A program made the position numbers and the translations under genes. Shown here in pieces: positions 35,945 through 49,747 of a stretch of 64,000 nt of DNA; position 1 is the first letter of the stretch, and each line of letters starts with the position of its first letter. Origin of the DNA: Hormiphora californensis (Eukaryota > Animalia > Ctenophora). The notes under the pieces were generated by a model. The model was not told where the DNA came from. It searched no databases and worked only from the letters and a program-made list of their open reading frames with translations. The DNA lies in the NCBI GenBank assembly GCA_020137815.1, contig CM035360.1:1178001-1242000 (forward strand), in the 5' to 3' direction.

Positions 35945-37820
35945 TCATAGCGCTGGCAAGCGCCCGGGGCCCAATCCTCCCTCCCCCCCCAACCATCCTT
36001 CCCTTAAAAATGTCCACTTTCCAAGCATTCTTGCTTCCAGTGAATGGAAAATCGAAATTGCGAAAAAAAAATTTTTTGAATTTTTTGAAAATTTTTGAAA
36101 ATTTTGACAGCGCTACTATACTTATTGTCTGAAATCGGCAATTTCAACTTTATTTTAGACAACCTTCCCGTTGTCCTACGAACTTGCCGCTTGGTAGTTC
36201 GTGTTGCCTTGACACCTAGAGCACACGTTCAAAATTTCATACAAATCGGAGTTATGGTTTTTACGTTACAGAGGGTCGTATTTTAGACAAAATGTCCGTT
36301 TTTAGGGTCACGAACGACCTTGATTGTACCACCTTTTTGCGTACATAATAGAGGCCACAGTTTTAAAGCTATCACCATGAAACTTTGGGAGTCGGTAGAT
36401 CTCGTGGTGTACCTTGTATTAAAGCTTGGACAGAGAAAACGGACAGTCATAACAAAAGTTATGACTGTCTTAAGTTTTCTTTGGGGTTTAAGACAGCCTT
36501 CCCGTCGTTCTACGAATACGCCGCTTGGTACGTAATGTTGTCTCGACATCTTGAACACACGATCACAATTTCAAGCAAATCCGAGTTACGGTTCTTCAGT
36601 TACGGGCATCTGACTGTATTAAGATTTAAGACTATTTTCAAAAAACCTAGAAAAGAGCAAATTAAACTATAAATCATGATTTTATCACATATATTTTGCC
36701 AACGTAGGTCAATTGCTGTATTTTCAGATATAATTGGAAGTCATATCTAGATTTATGACTGTCTTAAATTTAAGACGATTTTAAAAACGCCTAGAAAGAA
36801 GCGTTTCAGAGTCTAAATTAATATTGAATCAGATTTATTTTATAAAATAAGGTTTACTGCCGCATTTTCAGTTATAATGAGTAGTCATATCTAGAGTTAT
36901 GACTGTCTTAAATATAAGACGATTTTTAAAAAAACCGAGAAAAGAGCGAATTAGCATCTAGAACCTGATTGTAACAGATATATTTGATTATCAATGCTTA
37001 TCCGTGATCGTTATCCGTAACTAATAATCAAAATCAGAGAATAATCGTGGAGAACCAATCGCGGATATCAATCGCTGATAACTAATAAATAATAGTAATC
37101 GCGGATAACTAACCACGACAACTCATCGCGAATGAGTAATATGATAGTTACCAATCGCGGATAGCTAATCGCAAATATAGCTAATCGCGATAGCTAATCG
37201 CGATAGCTAATCGCGATAATTAATCGCGATAACTTATAACGGATTCGTGATCAGTTATCTGCGATCGGTTGTCCGCGATTACTATCATATTCGTTATTCG
37301 CAATTGATATCCAAGATACTAGATGACATGCAGCTTGTATTAAAAAATGCATGTCATCTAGTATAACAAAATGCCTGATACTAGATCCAAAAACCAAACA
37401 AGTTTGGTGGATAGCCGGGGCCGCAGAAATTTAAAAACGTGCGAAAGTTTTGATACATGAACTTTCGGGGCCTGGGGTGCTGTTAAATTCGCGTTTCCAT
37501 GATAGTCAGCCGTTCTTTCAAAACACACTTGTATTATTCTGTAAAACAGATTCTGAAACGATCCACTGCGTGCAGTATATTATATGCATGATATGTGTGG
37601 AGCTATTTGTATGATAATGTGGAATCAAAAATAGTGATAACTTGCAATCATTGCGATAGTTTTCCTGGCGTATAGTTTGAAAATGTTGCTGGTTATAATC
37701 ATGGAAACGCGAATTTAACAGCACCCCAGGCCCCGAAAGTTCATGTATCAAAACTTTCGCACGTTTTTAAATTTCTGCGGCCCCGGCTATCCACCAAACT
37801 TGTTTGGTTTTTGGATCTAG
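35945..37820 (+). mobile_element. Helitron-like non-autonomous element B
   Basis: A|TCATAGCGCTGGCAAGCGC ... TTTTTGGATCTAG|T; the terminal ~123 bp are also present inverted at 37381-37503; internal degenerate repeats. Confidence 0.75.
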
Positions 37821-38984
37821 TAAAATATCTAATTAAGAAATAGCGTAATTAATTCGTTGAGTGATTAAGTAGTTAGATAATTGAGAAATTAACTAGTTAG
37901 ATAATTGATAATTAACTAGTTAGATAATTAACTAGTTAGATAATTAACTGTTGATTAATAAGTACATAGTGTAAATACTAAGTAAGTAGTATAGTTTAAT
38001 AATTAATTCAAGTAAAAGGCTAGTGATCTAAAAAGGAGGCGAATAGCTAAGTAATTAGTTAATGGATAAAGTAACTGTAACAGGATAACCGATAAGGTAA
38101 TACACACTAACCATATTAATTGCTATATAAGGTTATGATCTAATAAATGGCCTATGGAAAATTCTAAAGAAGCTGGTAATAAATTAATGAATAACGAGGT
38201 AGAAAAATAAAAAGCAAGAGACCAGAGGTCAGTCAGATAGGTTAAATACAAAGCTGTTAATAAATTAATTAATTGGAGCGGTAAAAAAATAAAAAGGCAG
38301 GAGACCAGTGCAATGGCCAGTCAGAATAAGTTAATTAATGCGGTTGGGTTTAAAATTTAATGTACGATAAAAACGTTAAGCTAATTATAGTAAGCTGTAA
38401 GATAGATAACTGTACTAGACGTAAGTATTTAGGTTCTAATTTAAAGTAATTTTAAGGTAACTAGGATAGAGAAGATATAAAATTAAGAGCTGCCCAACTT
38501 AGAAACTCTAGAGTCTATTCTCCACACACACTCGTATAAAGTCCATGTATGTTTATCGTCTTGATGTCTTCGAGAACGTAATACCCTCCGTGATGTTCAC
38601 TGAACATTGTTCAGGCTGGCTCACTCGCTCGCTCAAAGAACCTATGACTCTACTCTAGCCAGAAAGGAAAGAAACTCAACACACACTGTCACAATACAAC
38701 CAGAAAATATACTCAAAAACTCGACACTCTTGACATGATATCAGACCCCTACTCTACTCATATGTTGGAGGAAAGGACTTCAGATGATGATGTAGTTATA
38801 GGGGATGTAGTCAAAATAGGAATGTAGTAATGATAGGAATGTAGCACAGTAGAGGAATGTAGGACGTAAAAGGAAAGACCTCCCATCCGAGACTTCACCA
38901 CAACACAGCCTTCCACAGCCTATCCCACGATGAATCTAAAACTCCAAACCGAGACTCAGCAGATCACCTCAAAACCTCACTTCA

Positions 38985-39280
38985 AAGCCAAAAGAGGCAC
39001 CACTTCAAAGACCCTACCACCACATCACATGTTACGCCACCACTTCACATACTTCACCACCACTTCACAGACTCCACCGCCACTTCACAGACTCCACCAC
39101 CACTTCACAAACTTCACCACCACTTCACAGACTCCACCACCACTTCACAGACCTCACCACCACTTCACAGACACCACCACTTCACAGACTCCACCACCAC
39201 TTCACAGACACCACCACCACCACTTCACAGACTCCACCACCACTTCACAGACCCCACCACCACTTCACAGACTCCACCGG
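38985..39280. repeat. 21-bp minisatellite (CCACCACTTCACAGACTCCAC-type) downstream of LINE ORF2
   Basis: About 13 tandem copies; explains ORF 38930-39319. Confidence 0.9.
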
Positions 39281-39378
39281 AAGACCACACTACAAACCCC
39301 CGATGCAATTAAAGCCTAACACAAACGCCAGGACAGAAAACAAACCACAACCCACACAGAAGACTTCTAACGCCAAAA

Positions 39379-42327
39379 CTACCCAAATGCCTTTCCAAAC
39401 AGATGCGTCTTCAGATCTCTTTTAAAACTGTTTAAGGATTCGGCAGATCTAAGTCTTCTTGGCAATTGGTTCCAAAACTTCGGGCCGCATACACTGAAGG
39501 CACTTTCGTTTAGTTTATACCTAGCCCTTGGTGTCTCCAAGAGAAGGTTGTCGTCATCTTTTCTGAGACTCATAGATTTCCTCCTTCTTTTTTGAATTCG
39601 GTCAGATAAGTAGCCAGGTGCAACACCGTTGACACATTTATACACCAGTACACATACTTTGAACTCAATTCTCTCAGCTACTGGGAGAAAGTGCAGTGCT
39701 TTTCTCAAGTTGGTAGTACCCCTCCATTTTCTCTGGCCATAAATGAACCTTGCAGCAGCATTCTGGATCTTTTGCAGTCTGTCTAAATTCTTCTTCGTAA
39801 TACCAGTCAACAGGGAGTTACAGTAGTCCAACTTAGAGTGTATAAGGCTCGCCACAAGGGTAGTCTTTAGTTTCCTTGAAAGTTTACCTCCTACCCTCCA
39901 TAGATTCACCAATGTAGCATTACAGGAGTTGACGATTCTGGTCACATGTTCATCAAAAGATAGCCTATCATCAAAATACACTCCCAGATTCCTCACAGAA
40001 GTAGCAACAGGTAAAGGTTCAGCGCCCTCAACCAGCTGGAAAGAGTTTTGAGTATTGGAGTCTTTAGGCGATAATATCAGGATCTCAGTTTTAGATGGAT
40101 TGAGACGCAGGAAGCTCGCTGTTAGCCAAGACTGAATGTCCGTGGCACACTTTCGAAGTCTCTGTTCGGTCTCCACAAAGTTCTCAGTCGAAAAAGCGGC
40201 GTATATCTGGGTATCATCAGCATAAAAATGAATATGTACACCATTCCTTAAGGCAATCGATTCCAGCTCTGCAGTGTAGCATATAAAAAGAATAGGGCCC
40301 AAAATAGAACCCTGAGGCACCCCGATACCAATTGCTGTAAGAGTCGACTTAACCTGCCCAACCGATACTGACGCAGTTCTCCCCGTGAGATAGCTCTCAA
40401 ACCATGCTAAAGATGTACCTTTCACCCCATACAACTTCTTAAGTCGTTGCAGCAAGACAGAATGGTTAACAGTATCGAATGCAGCACTCATATCTAAGAG
40501 TAAAAGTGCAACCTTCGATTTATCGTCTGTTAGCATTAGTAGATCATCCAGAATGCGGAGAGTCGCCGTCTCACAGCTCTTGTTCGCACGGTAGGCAGAC
40601 TGGTTTTTGGGCAGTAACGCATGGTCTTCAAGGTGCTTCACAAACTGATCTGCTGCACATCTCTCGATAAGTTTACCAAGAAAAGGCAAGTTACTGACGG
40701 GTCTATAGTTACCAAGATCATCCGGATCTAGACCAGCTTTCTTGATGAGGGGTCGAATCAGAGCAGTCTTGAGTTCAGAAGGAAAGACCCCTGTGGTTAA
40801 GCTAGAGTTGACGATTTTAGAAAGGATAGGCAATAATTCAGCAAAGAGACTCCGCACATATGATGTGGGAAGAGGATCCAACTCACAATGCTTTGTCCCC
40901 ATGTCAAATAAAGTTGCTCGGAGTGTCTCATCAGAGATGCTTGTAAACTCGAAATCAGGCGGTGTGTTGGAATGTGTAGTGGGGTCTTGAAAGTGGGGCA
41001 AGTCTTGTCGTTCCTTATCCATCGCACTGTAGATCTTTTCGACCTTCCCTTTGAAAGCAGCCATAAAAGAATCAGCTAGATCCGTATGTGCTATGTTAGT
41101 AGGTACAACCGCTGGTTTCTGTCTACCCAAGAGATAGTTGGTGGTTTGCCATGTTCCCCGTGGATCATGCCGCTGTCCTTCCAGCTTCGCTGCAAAAAAT
41201 CCTTCTCTCACACTCCGTAACACCCGCTCAGTCTCTTTGTCTTGTTCAGCAGAATCCTGGTACAAATTCAACAACTCCATTGGATCTGTTGATTTCCCCA
41301 ATTTACCCCAGTACTTTCTTTCCTTTCTCCTTCGCATCCTCTTGGCTGATTGACATTTATCATAGTTCTGGTTATACCATTGTTCATTTCTAGTTTTCAC
41401 TCTTCTGGTTACATATGGTGCTCTCTTGTCCATGAATGATCGAGTTTCAGTGTTGAATAGCGCTACACAGTCATCTAAATCATCAGGTAGCTCCCCACAC
41501 ATATCCGATCCAAGTATGTCACTTCTTAGATCTTCTATATCGAAGTCTTTCATCATTCGACTAGTGACCGTCCTATAGTCTGATGTGGAACTTATACCAG
41601 AAACTTCCAGGCAGAAGCTCACAAGGGAATGATCTGGTAAAGCCGGAGAACGATATACCTCAACATCACTTAAACCAATGTCTTCGTCTTTTCTTGTCAG
41701 TACCAGGTCTAGAGTTCCACCCCTGGTGTGAGTCGGGCCAACCACATGTTGTAACCAACCCTCTGAATCAATGATGTCCTTAAATCTCCTTGTAAAACTA
41801 TCCGCCTCATCTTGGAACCTAACGTTAAAGTCTCCAAGGATCACAGGAACACCACCTTTCGATACGAATGAGGATAGATAGTCACTAAACTCAGTAAGGA
41901 ATTGGGCATATTCATTCCCCGTTCTGTAGACAACTGAAAAGCGAAGTCCTACCCTTCCCTTTACAAATGCCTCGGTACACTCAAATGAAGTAGATTTGAT
42001 GTTATAAGTAGTAAACTTGATGTCATCCCGGAAAATGAAACCAACTCCTCCCCCTTTTTTCCCATTACGTCTCGCAGTATTAACCAATGTAAAGCCAAAC
42101 TCTTTAAACTCTACAGCCAATGCCGATTCATCTTGATTGAGCCAGGTCTCTGTTAGTGCTAAGCAGGAAAGATTATGCTGAACCATTAACTCGATAATGG
42201 AGTACACCTTATTCCTTAGCGAGAAGCAGTTTGCCAGACCAACCTTCAAAGTCCTGTTTTTCAGTAGTTGTCCTTTATCGTTTCTTAGTTTTTGGAGTTC
42301 CTGAGTTTGAGGAGGTATACTGGACAA
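39379..42327 (-). CDS. LINE ORF2: apurinic-like endonuclease plus reverse transcriptase
   Basis: LTETWL, GGGVG, GDFN, LDLV, DH (APE); YRPVSNL, LLDMSAAFDTV, GVPQGSILGP, YADD (RT); 982 codons with no stop. Confidence 0.97.
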   Translation of the reverse strand: MSSIPPQTQELQKLRNDKGQLLKNRTLKVGLANCFSLRNKVYSIIELMVQHNLSCLALTETWLNQDESALAVEFKEFGFTLVNTARRNGKKGGGVGFIFRDDIKFTTYNIKSTSFECTEAFVKGRVGLRFSVVYRTGNEYAQFLTEFSDYLSSFVSKGGVPVILGDFNVRFQDEADSFTRRFKDIIDSEGWLQHVVGPTHTRGGTLDLVLTRKDEDIGLSDVEVYRSPALPDHSLVSFCLEVSGISSTSDYRTVTSRMMKDFDIEDLRSDILGSDMCGELPDDLDDCVALFNTETRSFMDKRAPYVTRRVKTRNEQWYNQNYDKCQSAKRMRRRKERKYWGKLGKSTDPMELLNLYQDSAEQDKETERVLRSVREGFFAAKLEGQRHDPRGTWQTTNYLLGRQKPAVVPTNIAHTDLADSFMAAFKGKVEKIYSAMDKERQDLPHFQDPTTHSNTPPDFEFTSISDETLRATLFDMGTKHCELDPLPTSYVRSLFAELLPILSKIVNSSLTTGVFPSELKTALIRPLIKKAGLDPDDLGNYRPVSNLPFLGKLIERCAADQFVKHLEDHALLPKNQSAYRANKSCETATLRILDDLLMLTDDKSKVALLLLDMSAAFDTVNHSVLLQRLKKLYGVKGTSLAWFESYLTGRTASVSVGQVKSTLTAIGIGVPQGSILGPILFICYTAELESIALRNGVHIHFYADDTQIYAAFSTENFVETEQRLRKCATDIQSWLTASFLRLNPSKTEILILSPKDSNTQNSFQLVEGAEPLPVATSVRNLGVYFDDRLSFDEHVTRIVNSCNATLVNLWRVGGKLSRKLKTTLVASLIHSKLDYCNSLLTGITKKNLDRLQKIQNAAARFIYGQRKWRGTTNLRKALHFLPVAERIEFKVCVLVYKCVNGVAPGYLSDRIQKRRRKSMSLRKDDDNLLLETPRARYKLNESAFSVCGPKFWNQLPRRLRSAESLNSFKRDLKTHLFGKAFG

Positions 42328-43475
42328 TCCAAAGATCCCGCATTATGGTAATATGCTCTTCCTCGTAGTTGTGTATCCCTCGATTTCATACAGTTAGCAC
42401 AACAAACCCTCGACATGTCCGGACAGCGTCTGGTATCATGGGATCCGGCACAGAACTTGCAAGTATAACTTGTCTGTTCACATTCATTAGACTTATGACC
42501 ATACCTTTGACATTTATAACACTGTGGGATATAATGACGGTCTTCAACCCTGCAGGAACTGTTTCCAATAAATACACGTCCCTTACGTGTCAGCAAGTCC
42601 CTAATGTCGCATGACACTCTCACCCCCACTGGTGCAGTTTCCCTATTTCCGCTCTTACCTACATATACCACATCGAACTTGTCACCCCTTTCAATCAAAT
42701 CTCTCAGATCAGGGTTCTTTATCTTAACAGCCTCTGTGATCTTCGCATTCAGCTCATCCCGTACAGAAGCATCCCGTGCAGAAGCATTCCGTGCAGAAAC
42801 CGCCGATGGCAAAGGAAAGTCTCTGATGGTTATTTTCGGGTGACGGACCGATTTGGTAACTTGTGCATTCTCTGGGATAATTTCAGTCAATCGTTTTTCT
42901 GCAGAGGACAGAGTCTCTTCATCTGGAAGAGCTATGATAACACTCCCATCCTTCTCCTGTCTAAGGTACGTTAAAGGGGTCTTACTTAGGGCTTCCGAGG
43001 CACGATGAACAAAACCCTCTCCTCCATTCTTCACCACAATCTTACCAGTCGTTTGCTTTTTTGCTACATCTGCAAAAGAACCCCGCTCAGCCCCAACTCT
43101 ATCCTCTAAACCACTCCCTTCCATACTATAATCGACCAGTTTGTCAGCTATCTTGCTGACCAGACAGTCAACTTTCAACCCACAAGCCGCAACAACCATT
43201 GATGCTATTCTCTCACAGGTCCCGTCATTTAGAACCACCCCTACAGCATCCGCCTCAGTAGGCGCCCCACCCTCAACTGGACTACTAACCTCAGCTAAAC
43301 AACAACCACCCTCAACACGACCATAGCATCCCTCGCACAACCAACACCAACCCCTTCCAGTACTCACATCTGTGTTGTCTGCGTCTTGTTCTTCTGCTTT
43401 GCACCCCAGGCAGGTACGTGTACCACCCCTCTTTGCTGCACCTCTTGTTACTGCTCCATCACGTGCTCCGGACAT
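42285..43475 (-). CDS. LINE ORF1: gag-like protein with N-terminal Cys cluster and C-terminal zinc knuckles
   Basis: First ATG at 43475 (MSGARDG); CLGC...CWLCEGC; CYKCQRYGHKSNEC, CKFCAGSHDTRRC, CANC...H...C; ends SKN*. Confidence 0.9.
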   Translation of the reverse strand: MSGARDGAVTRGAAKRGGTRTCLGCKAEEQDADNTDVSTGRGWCWLCEGCYGRVEGGCCLAEVSSPVEGGAPTEADAVGVVLNDGTCERIASMVVAACGLKVDCLVSKIADKLVDYSMEGSGLEDRVGAERGSFADVAKKQTTGKIVVKNGGEGFVHRASEALSKTPLTYLRQEKDGSVIIALPDEETLSSAEKRLTEIIPENAQVTKSVRHPKITIRDFPLPSAVSARNASARDASVRDELNAKITEAVKIKNPDLRDLIERGDKFDVVYVGKSGNRETAPVGVRVSCDIRDLLTRKGRVFIGNSSCRVEDRHYIPQCYKCQRYGHKSNECEQTSYTCKFCAGSHDTRRCPDMSRVCCANCMKSRDTQLRGRAYYHNAGSLDCPVYLLKLRNSKN

Positions 43476-43872
43476 TTCTACAGGGGGATTGAGGGGCACG
43501 AGGTACCACCTCAAATTAATTTGTTTAAAGTAGTGTTGAAAAGTTCAATATTAGGGCGGTAAATTTTATAATATTGTGCTAACGTCAGTTTTGCTAACGT
43601 CAGTTTGCCATCTGTGGAACAGAAGATCACGATTAGGCATACAAAAAAAACAGTGGTTTATTGGTCTATTTATTGGTTTATTGAAGATAAAGATTCAAGA
43701 TTTATCTGGAGTGCTAATGTTAGATGGTAGTAAATTCAAATTCAAGTCAAAGAGATCTATCTTTTGAATAAGATATTATGTGTGTGATACAAAGACCTGT
43801 TATACTATTCATTACTTTAATGCCTTGACAATGCTGATGCAATATCTTACCTTGACCTTGTACAATACCTCT

Positions 43873-43949
<77 letters not shown>

Positions 43950-44058
43950 TGATCCCTGTCTAAGTGATAGTGCACGTCTCTAGGTTTAGACAGCTGACAG
44001 TGGTTTCAATGCTCAGCACAAATACCCATACTTCTAGTTGGGTGATACCACACAGGCC

Positions 44059-44106
<48 letters not shown>

Positions 44107-46038
44107 ACACAAGTGCTCCAACATTCCTAGTTTTCTTTTTAAAGTTCTCTCATCCGTTCTCTCATTTGTCCTCTTTCTCTCACTGAGAGCCTCCTCTCTT
44201 AGATGATCTCGATTCTTAAGTAAGTTCTGTTTATCCTATTCAGATTCTACTTACAATTGTTGACAAACTTACAATGCAGTATTGTGATGTCACCGAATCA
44301 ACAACTAACCAAATTTAATTGCACCGAATCAACATGTTGCAACTTACCAAATTACAAAATGCAAATTAATATACAAGTTCGAGGCTGTCACACCTTCATT
44401 GGCAGCTGGGTGAACATGTGTACTTGTATTTGTGTGAGTTACTTACTGGTAACAAGCTGTCATCGGACTAGCTCTGCAACAAAAAACTGGATAGATACAT
44501 ATATTTCAATCGAGATTTCCCGCAAGAAGAGCAGGGGAAGAAGCTATGAGGAAGAGGGGGACAATTTGTCGTGACATGTTGACAAGATAGACAAAAAGCA
44601 GGAAAAACATACTAAATATAAGGAGATTACATAGTGGATCATGACTGTCCTAGAGTGGGTGTAGACAGCTAGGGATCTAGCTAGACCAACCATGCCAACC
44701 AGTTAGGGACCTCACTTCGCGTTCGGCACTCGGCAGGATGAGTTCGCTCACTTTTGAAACCAGAATAGCATAGGTCAGCTGTAGTAAACAGGTCCATGAT
44801 CTTGAGTATTGAAAGTGTATCTCAATCTAATTGTAGCTCTTTCCTATACAAAGTCGTACATGGTACGTTCTACAGGTCTAAAACTATAGGGGCCGGGGAA
44901 ATATTGACCCTGCCTCGGGAGATCTATTCATTCGGGGCCCCGTAACCCGCTGCATCTTATCCTAGTAAAAATAGAAAACTCTCGTTTATCTTTCTCTACA
45001 ATACCGCGTCACAAAACGCTAGCAGCTGGTTTACACGACACAGCTGCGCGAGGTAATGGAATTTATATATTGTCCTACCTTTAACACACATTTCATTATT
45101 TATTATAAGCCATGAAGTTATATCATCGCTTCATGAAACCTGCGATTTAATTATTCAAATATCTACGAAATATTTAGGACAACAAACATGCATTTTTCAT
45201 GAAAATATGTCCTGGGGAATGCTGCACACATGTGTCCTAATCCCACACATAATCTAGACTAGCTGCAGCAGATCTCTAAAATTGATCTTTTTGTCACAAC
45301 GTGTCTCTTCTAATTATTCAGCTAGGTTACACGGCGTCATACACATTTTTATTTGGCATTTCTATCTGGGATTTCTATTTGGAATTTCTATCTGGAAGAA
45401 CCGCACGTGCAGATGCGCCGCGCCGCGGCTCAAATTCACGTGCGAGATTAAAGAGAGAGACGCACATTAACGTTGTACGTTTGTCTCTCACTCTCTCTTG
45501 AAAACCCGCACGTGCAGATGCGCCGCGCCGCGGCTCAAATCCACGTGCGTGTTATACAGATTCTGACAGAAAATACGAGCACAAAATTCCATATAAAAAT
45601 GTGTATGACGGACTGTTACAAGGCGGGGGAGTTGGGTATATGGGAGGAGAGAATATCAATACCTAAAGAATGTACGAATACGTGCGTCACTATGGCGACT
45701 GAGTGTCATATACTGGGCTATCAATATCATCTCTAAATACCCGAATACAGATGATGAGCCGCCACACTATAAGAGGCGCTTTATGACTGTGATCGTAATG
45801 ATAATCATGATAATCATGAGTTATTGTGCATCTCAAATTACCGAATCACATGCCTTATCTCCTAGTTACTGGAGGGCAGACTATATGGAATGGGGCGATA
45901 AACCTATTGTTTAGCCTTGTTATTGCACTGTTATGCGGCAACGTACAAAAGATATCATTCGTCTGGAAAGGTCTCAATACACTTATTGTTATAGGAGGAC
46001 GGCGCACAAAGGACAAAACCAGATTGAGAGAGAGAGGG

Positions 46039-46114
<76 letters not shown>

Positions 46115-49100
46115 CCTGCTGCACTGCTGCACCAGGCTCCTGCGATTTCACGGGGATGGCACAGGGCCAATGCGGCAAAAGAAAACACCTTTTAAACAGC
46201 ACGGAAAGTACACCAGAGAAGTTAAATAAACAAAATACTGTGTGCTGCAGCATTGCACAGACTTGAATTTAATTTCCAGGCGCTTTGGAGTAGCAAATTA
46301 ATTTGACAAAGTTGACGGAGCTTGAGCTTCGTATTTTCGAAGGCCCTACGGTCTACAGCTATTATACAGGGGGAAAACTGTTGTAACTGAACCTCAGATT
46401 CAGGTCACAGCTATTTAAATTACCTGATACCTGAGGTTTCAGGACTGTTCTTGGCTATTCCTTGAAACCTTAGGAAAAAGCCTTAACTGAGCCCTAGGAC
46501 ATCTCAGGTCTCAGTGGTAAATATAGCCATGACCTGAACCTGATTCAGGTACGACTGTTTCCCCTTGCAATGTACAAGGTCAGAGTGTAGCAAGTTCACC
46601 ACAGCTGTATATCTACTTCATCAAGATCACTAAATGCCTCGAGTGTAAATTACCGTAGCAATTTCAATGTAGTCTCTATAGTGATTATAATCATACCAAT
46701 ATGGTTCTAGGGAGCTATGTGATATATAGCAAGTATATAGGCATTTGTTTATCAAAAACTGAATAGTAAACACGGACGCAGTTGCATATTTCGTTGAAAT
46801 TGAATTGGTAAAATCAAAATAGTATGTATAGAAGCTGGATGGATGCCTCTAGGGAGAGTCGAGGGGGGACTTGGAAAAATGAAAAAGACTGCCGTCATGA
46901 GGTTTAGAATTAAAATACCACCGTGAAATGAGAAATGAGAAGTGCCGCCGCCGTCACACAAAGTTCGTTATCACACTACTCTGCAGCTGTACCGTGATTT
47001 GTGATACACTACTTTGAGCCAGACTGATATAATACTGGGGAAATAGAGAGAGAGGGAAGAACAGAAGAGGAACAAGAGACGAAATGTGATTTTCAAAGGA
47101 ATTTCTACTTTTCACTTCTCAATTCAATTTTAATGTTCTCTCTACATCACTTTCAGTCTCTCTCCTCCTCTCTGTTTTTAGTAAGATGATCCCGTTGTTA
47201 CTCATGACTCAGATGAAAATAATGAACAACAGGAATGTGACAAAATAAAAAGGAAACATATTTACATAATAGGCAATTAAATTATGTCTAGCATTTCAAT
47301 ATATAATTTGGAGAAATATATCAAGCTGTGAACTAAAAGTACAATTCTGAATTCTGGATCTATCGAAATTCAATTATCATATCCCTAAACCGAACTGAGC
47401 GGCCCTATAACCCTAGCCTAAACTCATTCTAGAACCTACAGACTTATCAAATGCCATACTAAATTATTAAATTAGCCTAAAATTAAAGCATAATTTGTTG
47501 CAGACTTTCAGAATTGGCACACAATGCAATGAATAGTTTATAGCATTTATTCAGATTTCAGAACGCCTAGGGAGCTGCGAAAAGGAAACGACGTTTCTCT
47601 CAAATCACGTTTCTGAAACGTGATTTAAGAGAAACCTGCCTTTTCTGTCAGAGATAATGCAACTCACGCTCTTCTTGGGTGGATTATATTTTATCAAAAG
47701 GACATTGAAAGAGAATGAAATCTGAGTACCAATACAGCTGTCACGGCATTAAATCACATTGTGCTACAACTGATAACACGTACTATTTTGGTATCGGGAT
47801 GTGGAGGTTTTCGAATATATTGCTGCACTATAATAGATTTTGTGACACTCGTTTTATCAGGAAAGCGACCGACGCGAAGAGAACTCATTCTCAAATAATT
47901 AAAGAATCAGTTATATTGACTCAAACTGCGACTGTTGGGAAACCTATAGAAGCATGACAGTGTCACATTATCATAATATGCCATTGTCATGCTTCCATAA
48001 TCCATACCCCAATGGTATGGAAGCATGACAACGCAGCATATTGTTATATGTCAAATATTGACATTCAATGAATGCTATTGACAGTCAATAATACAAATAC
48101 CAAACTTCTAGAGAATTCTGAAGAATATTAGCAAGAGTCAATTTTGGTGACATGGAAACTGGTGTGAGATCGACGTCGCACGCCACTGACCCTGTCCCGA
48201 TGGCACATACTCGAGAAAAGAATGGCAATGGTACCAAGAGTCAATTCTAGTAGCCGAGTAGCCGAGTAGAGAGTTGCAGCAGCTAGGTTCGATTTGTCTC
48301 GCGCCGCCAGACAAATCGAACCTAGGCTGCGTAGCGAACCTAGGCTGCGTAGCGGGCAAACTCAGCTCCGTAGGGATCGTAGGGATCCTGGGGTCGTAGG
48401 GGATCGCCCTACGGGCGCGCGAACATGAGGGGCGCGACGTGCCCAAGTAGCCCAAGTAGCCGAGTAGAGAGTTGCAGCCTAGGTTCGATTTGTCTGGCTC
48501 CGGCCAGACACCGTTTTGGCTGTGTACTCGCCGGATCGGATCGGCGCCGCCAGACAGGAATTTAGGTTTAGAGTACGCTATTTCACCTAAATGACCTATT
48601 CCTAATTACTTTTTAGCCCTAATCATATCCAGACTTGAAATTAATTTGGCTTTGTGTTTAGCTGCACTCAAGCAACGCTGTCATGCAAATGAAATAGCTG
48701 CTACCGTATAGTAGCATGTTTGTGAGGAGATGTCTGTACCGGCCGGTTACTTTTTGTAAGTTGGTCCCTCTCGGAGTGTTTTAGAAATCAAAATAGTGGT
48801 CCATATTATGACATACATGTGAACCATGATATGCGTGTACTTTCAAGACAGCTGTGTAGTCGAGTAGCACGGTTACTAGACGTGGGGCATTTAGAAACAA
48901 ATTAGGGAACAAGAAGATAGAAATACTGACATGAAACTATAGAAGAATTTGGAAAGGAGATACCTTTATTCTCCTTTCAATTTCTCAAGAACTGAAGCAG
49001 AGAAAACAGACTCTCTACTGAAAGTGAAAATGAAATTGAAACCCTGCAAGAACTAACAATAGGTGTCAAAAACGTCTGGCGGACCTAAACTGTGACACAA

Positions 49101-49747
49101 GAAGAACTGCAGTAGTACCAATTCAAACTGAAACAAACCATGCAGAAATTGAAACAATAAAACATTCTCAGAAGTTTTTGAAACTGAGGGGACCGGGGCA
49201 GGCACTTCATACTACTGCAGGATGCATGCTATTGAGAGGTGTGCTGTTGCTGTCAGGGCCAGAATGCAGTGACTGACATGAGGCCACCTGTTCCTACTGC
49301 ACATGACAATACAACATTACAAAGTCACAACCTCCTTATAGGACAACTCTATTTTCTCTTGCCTGTCTCGGTGGCAATAACATGCATGATATAGATTCTC
49401 TTTTCGGTCTTATCTATCAAGAGGCTTCTAGTTTCTACAGCACCCCTTGCAGAGCTTTTATCATGCACTGGCTGACTACCAACCCTTGTTTTATATTAAT
49501 ACACTGATTAGTTTACCGTGGTACCACTAAAGCTGAACCTGCAGCAGTTGTACTAGGTTCAGTGTGGTTCTCAATTTGATTACCTTTCTTCGGAGAGATG
49601 ATTGATGAAGTCTAGTCTAGTGAAGAATAGTCTAGTGAAGACGTACACTGCTGCATTAGGAATATCCATGTACGTACAATTCGTTGATTTACAAGAAAAA
49701 CAAGTTTCATAATTTTTAGTGAAGTTCAGTGAAATGGAATTTGAAAG

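Larger units (their letters stand above)
38500..43620 (-). mobile_element. Full-length non-LTR retrotransposon, CR1/L2 group; outer boundaries approximate
   Basis: Two uninterrupted ORFs (gag-like ORF1; APE-RT ORF2 with L2/CR1-type C-terminus SKLDYCNSLL, IQNAAARFI, LHFLPV). No clear TSD or tail identified. Confidence 0.88.

Noticed and set aside
38930-39319. His/Thr/Pro-rich 129-aa ORF
   Set aside because: Translation of a 21-bp minisatellite, antisense to the LINE 3' region.
43620-49700. Possible gene in the LINE-to-kinase interval
   Set aside because: Only short ORFs, microsatellites and small palindromes; I could not build a consistent exon chain.
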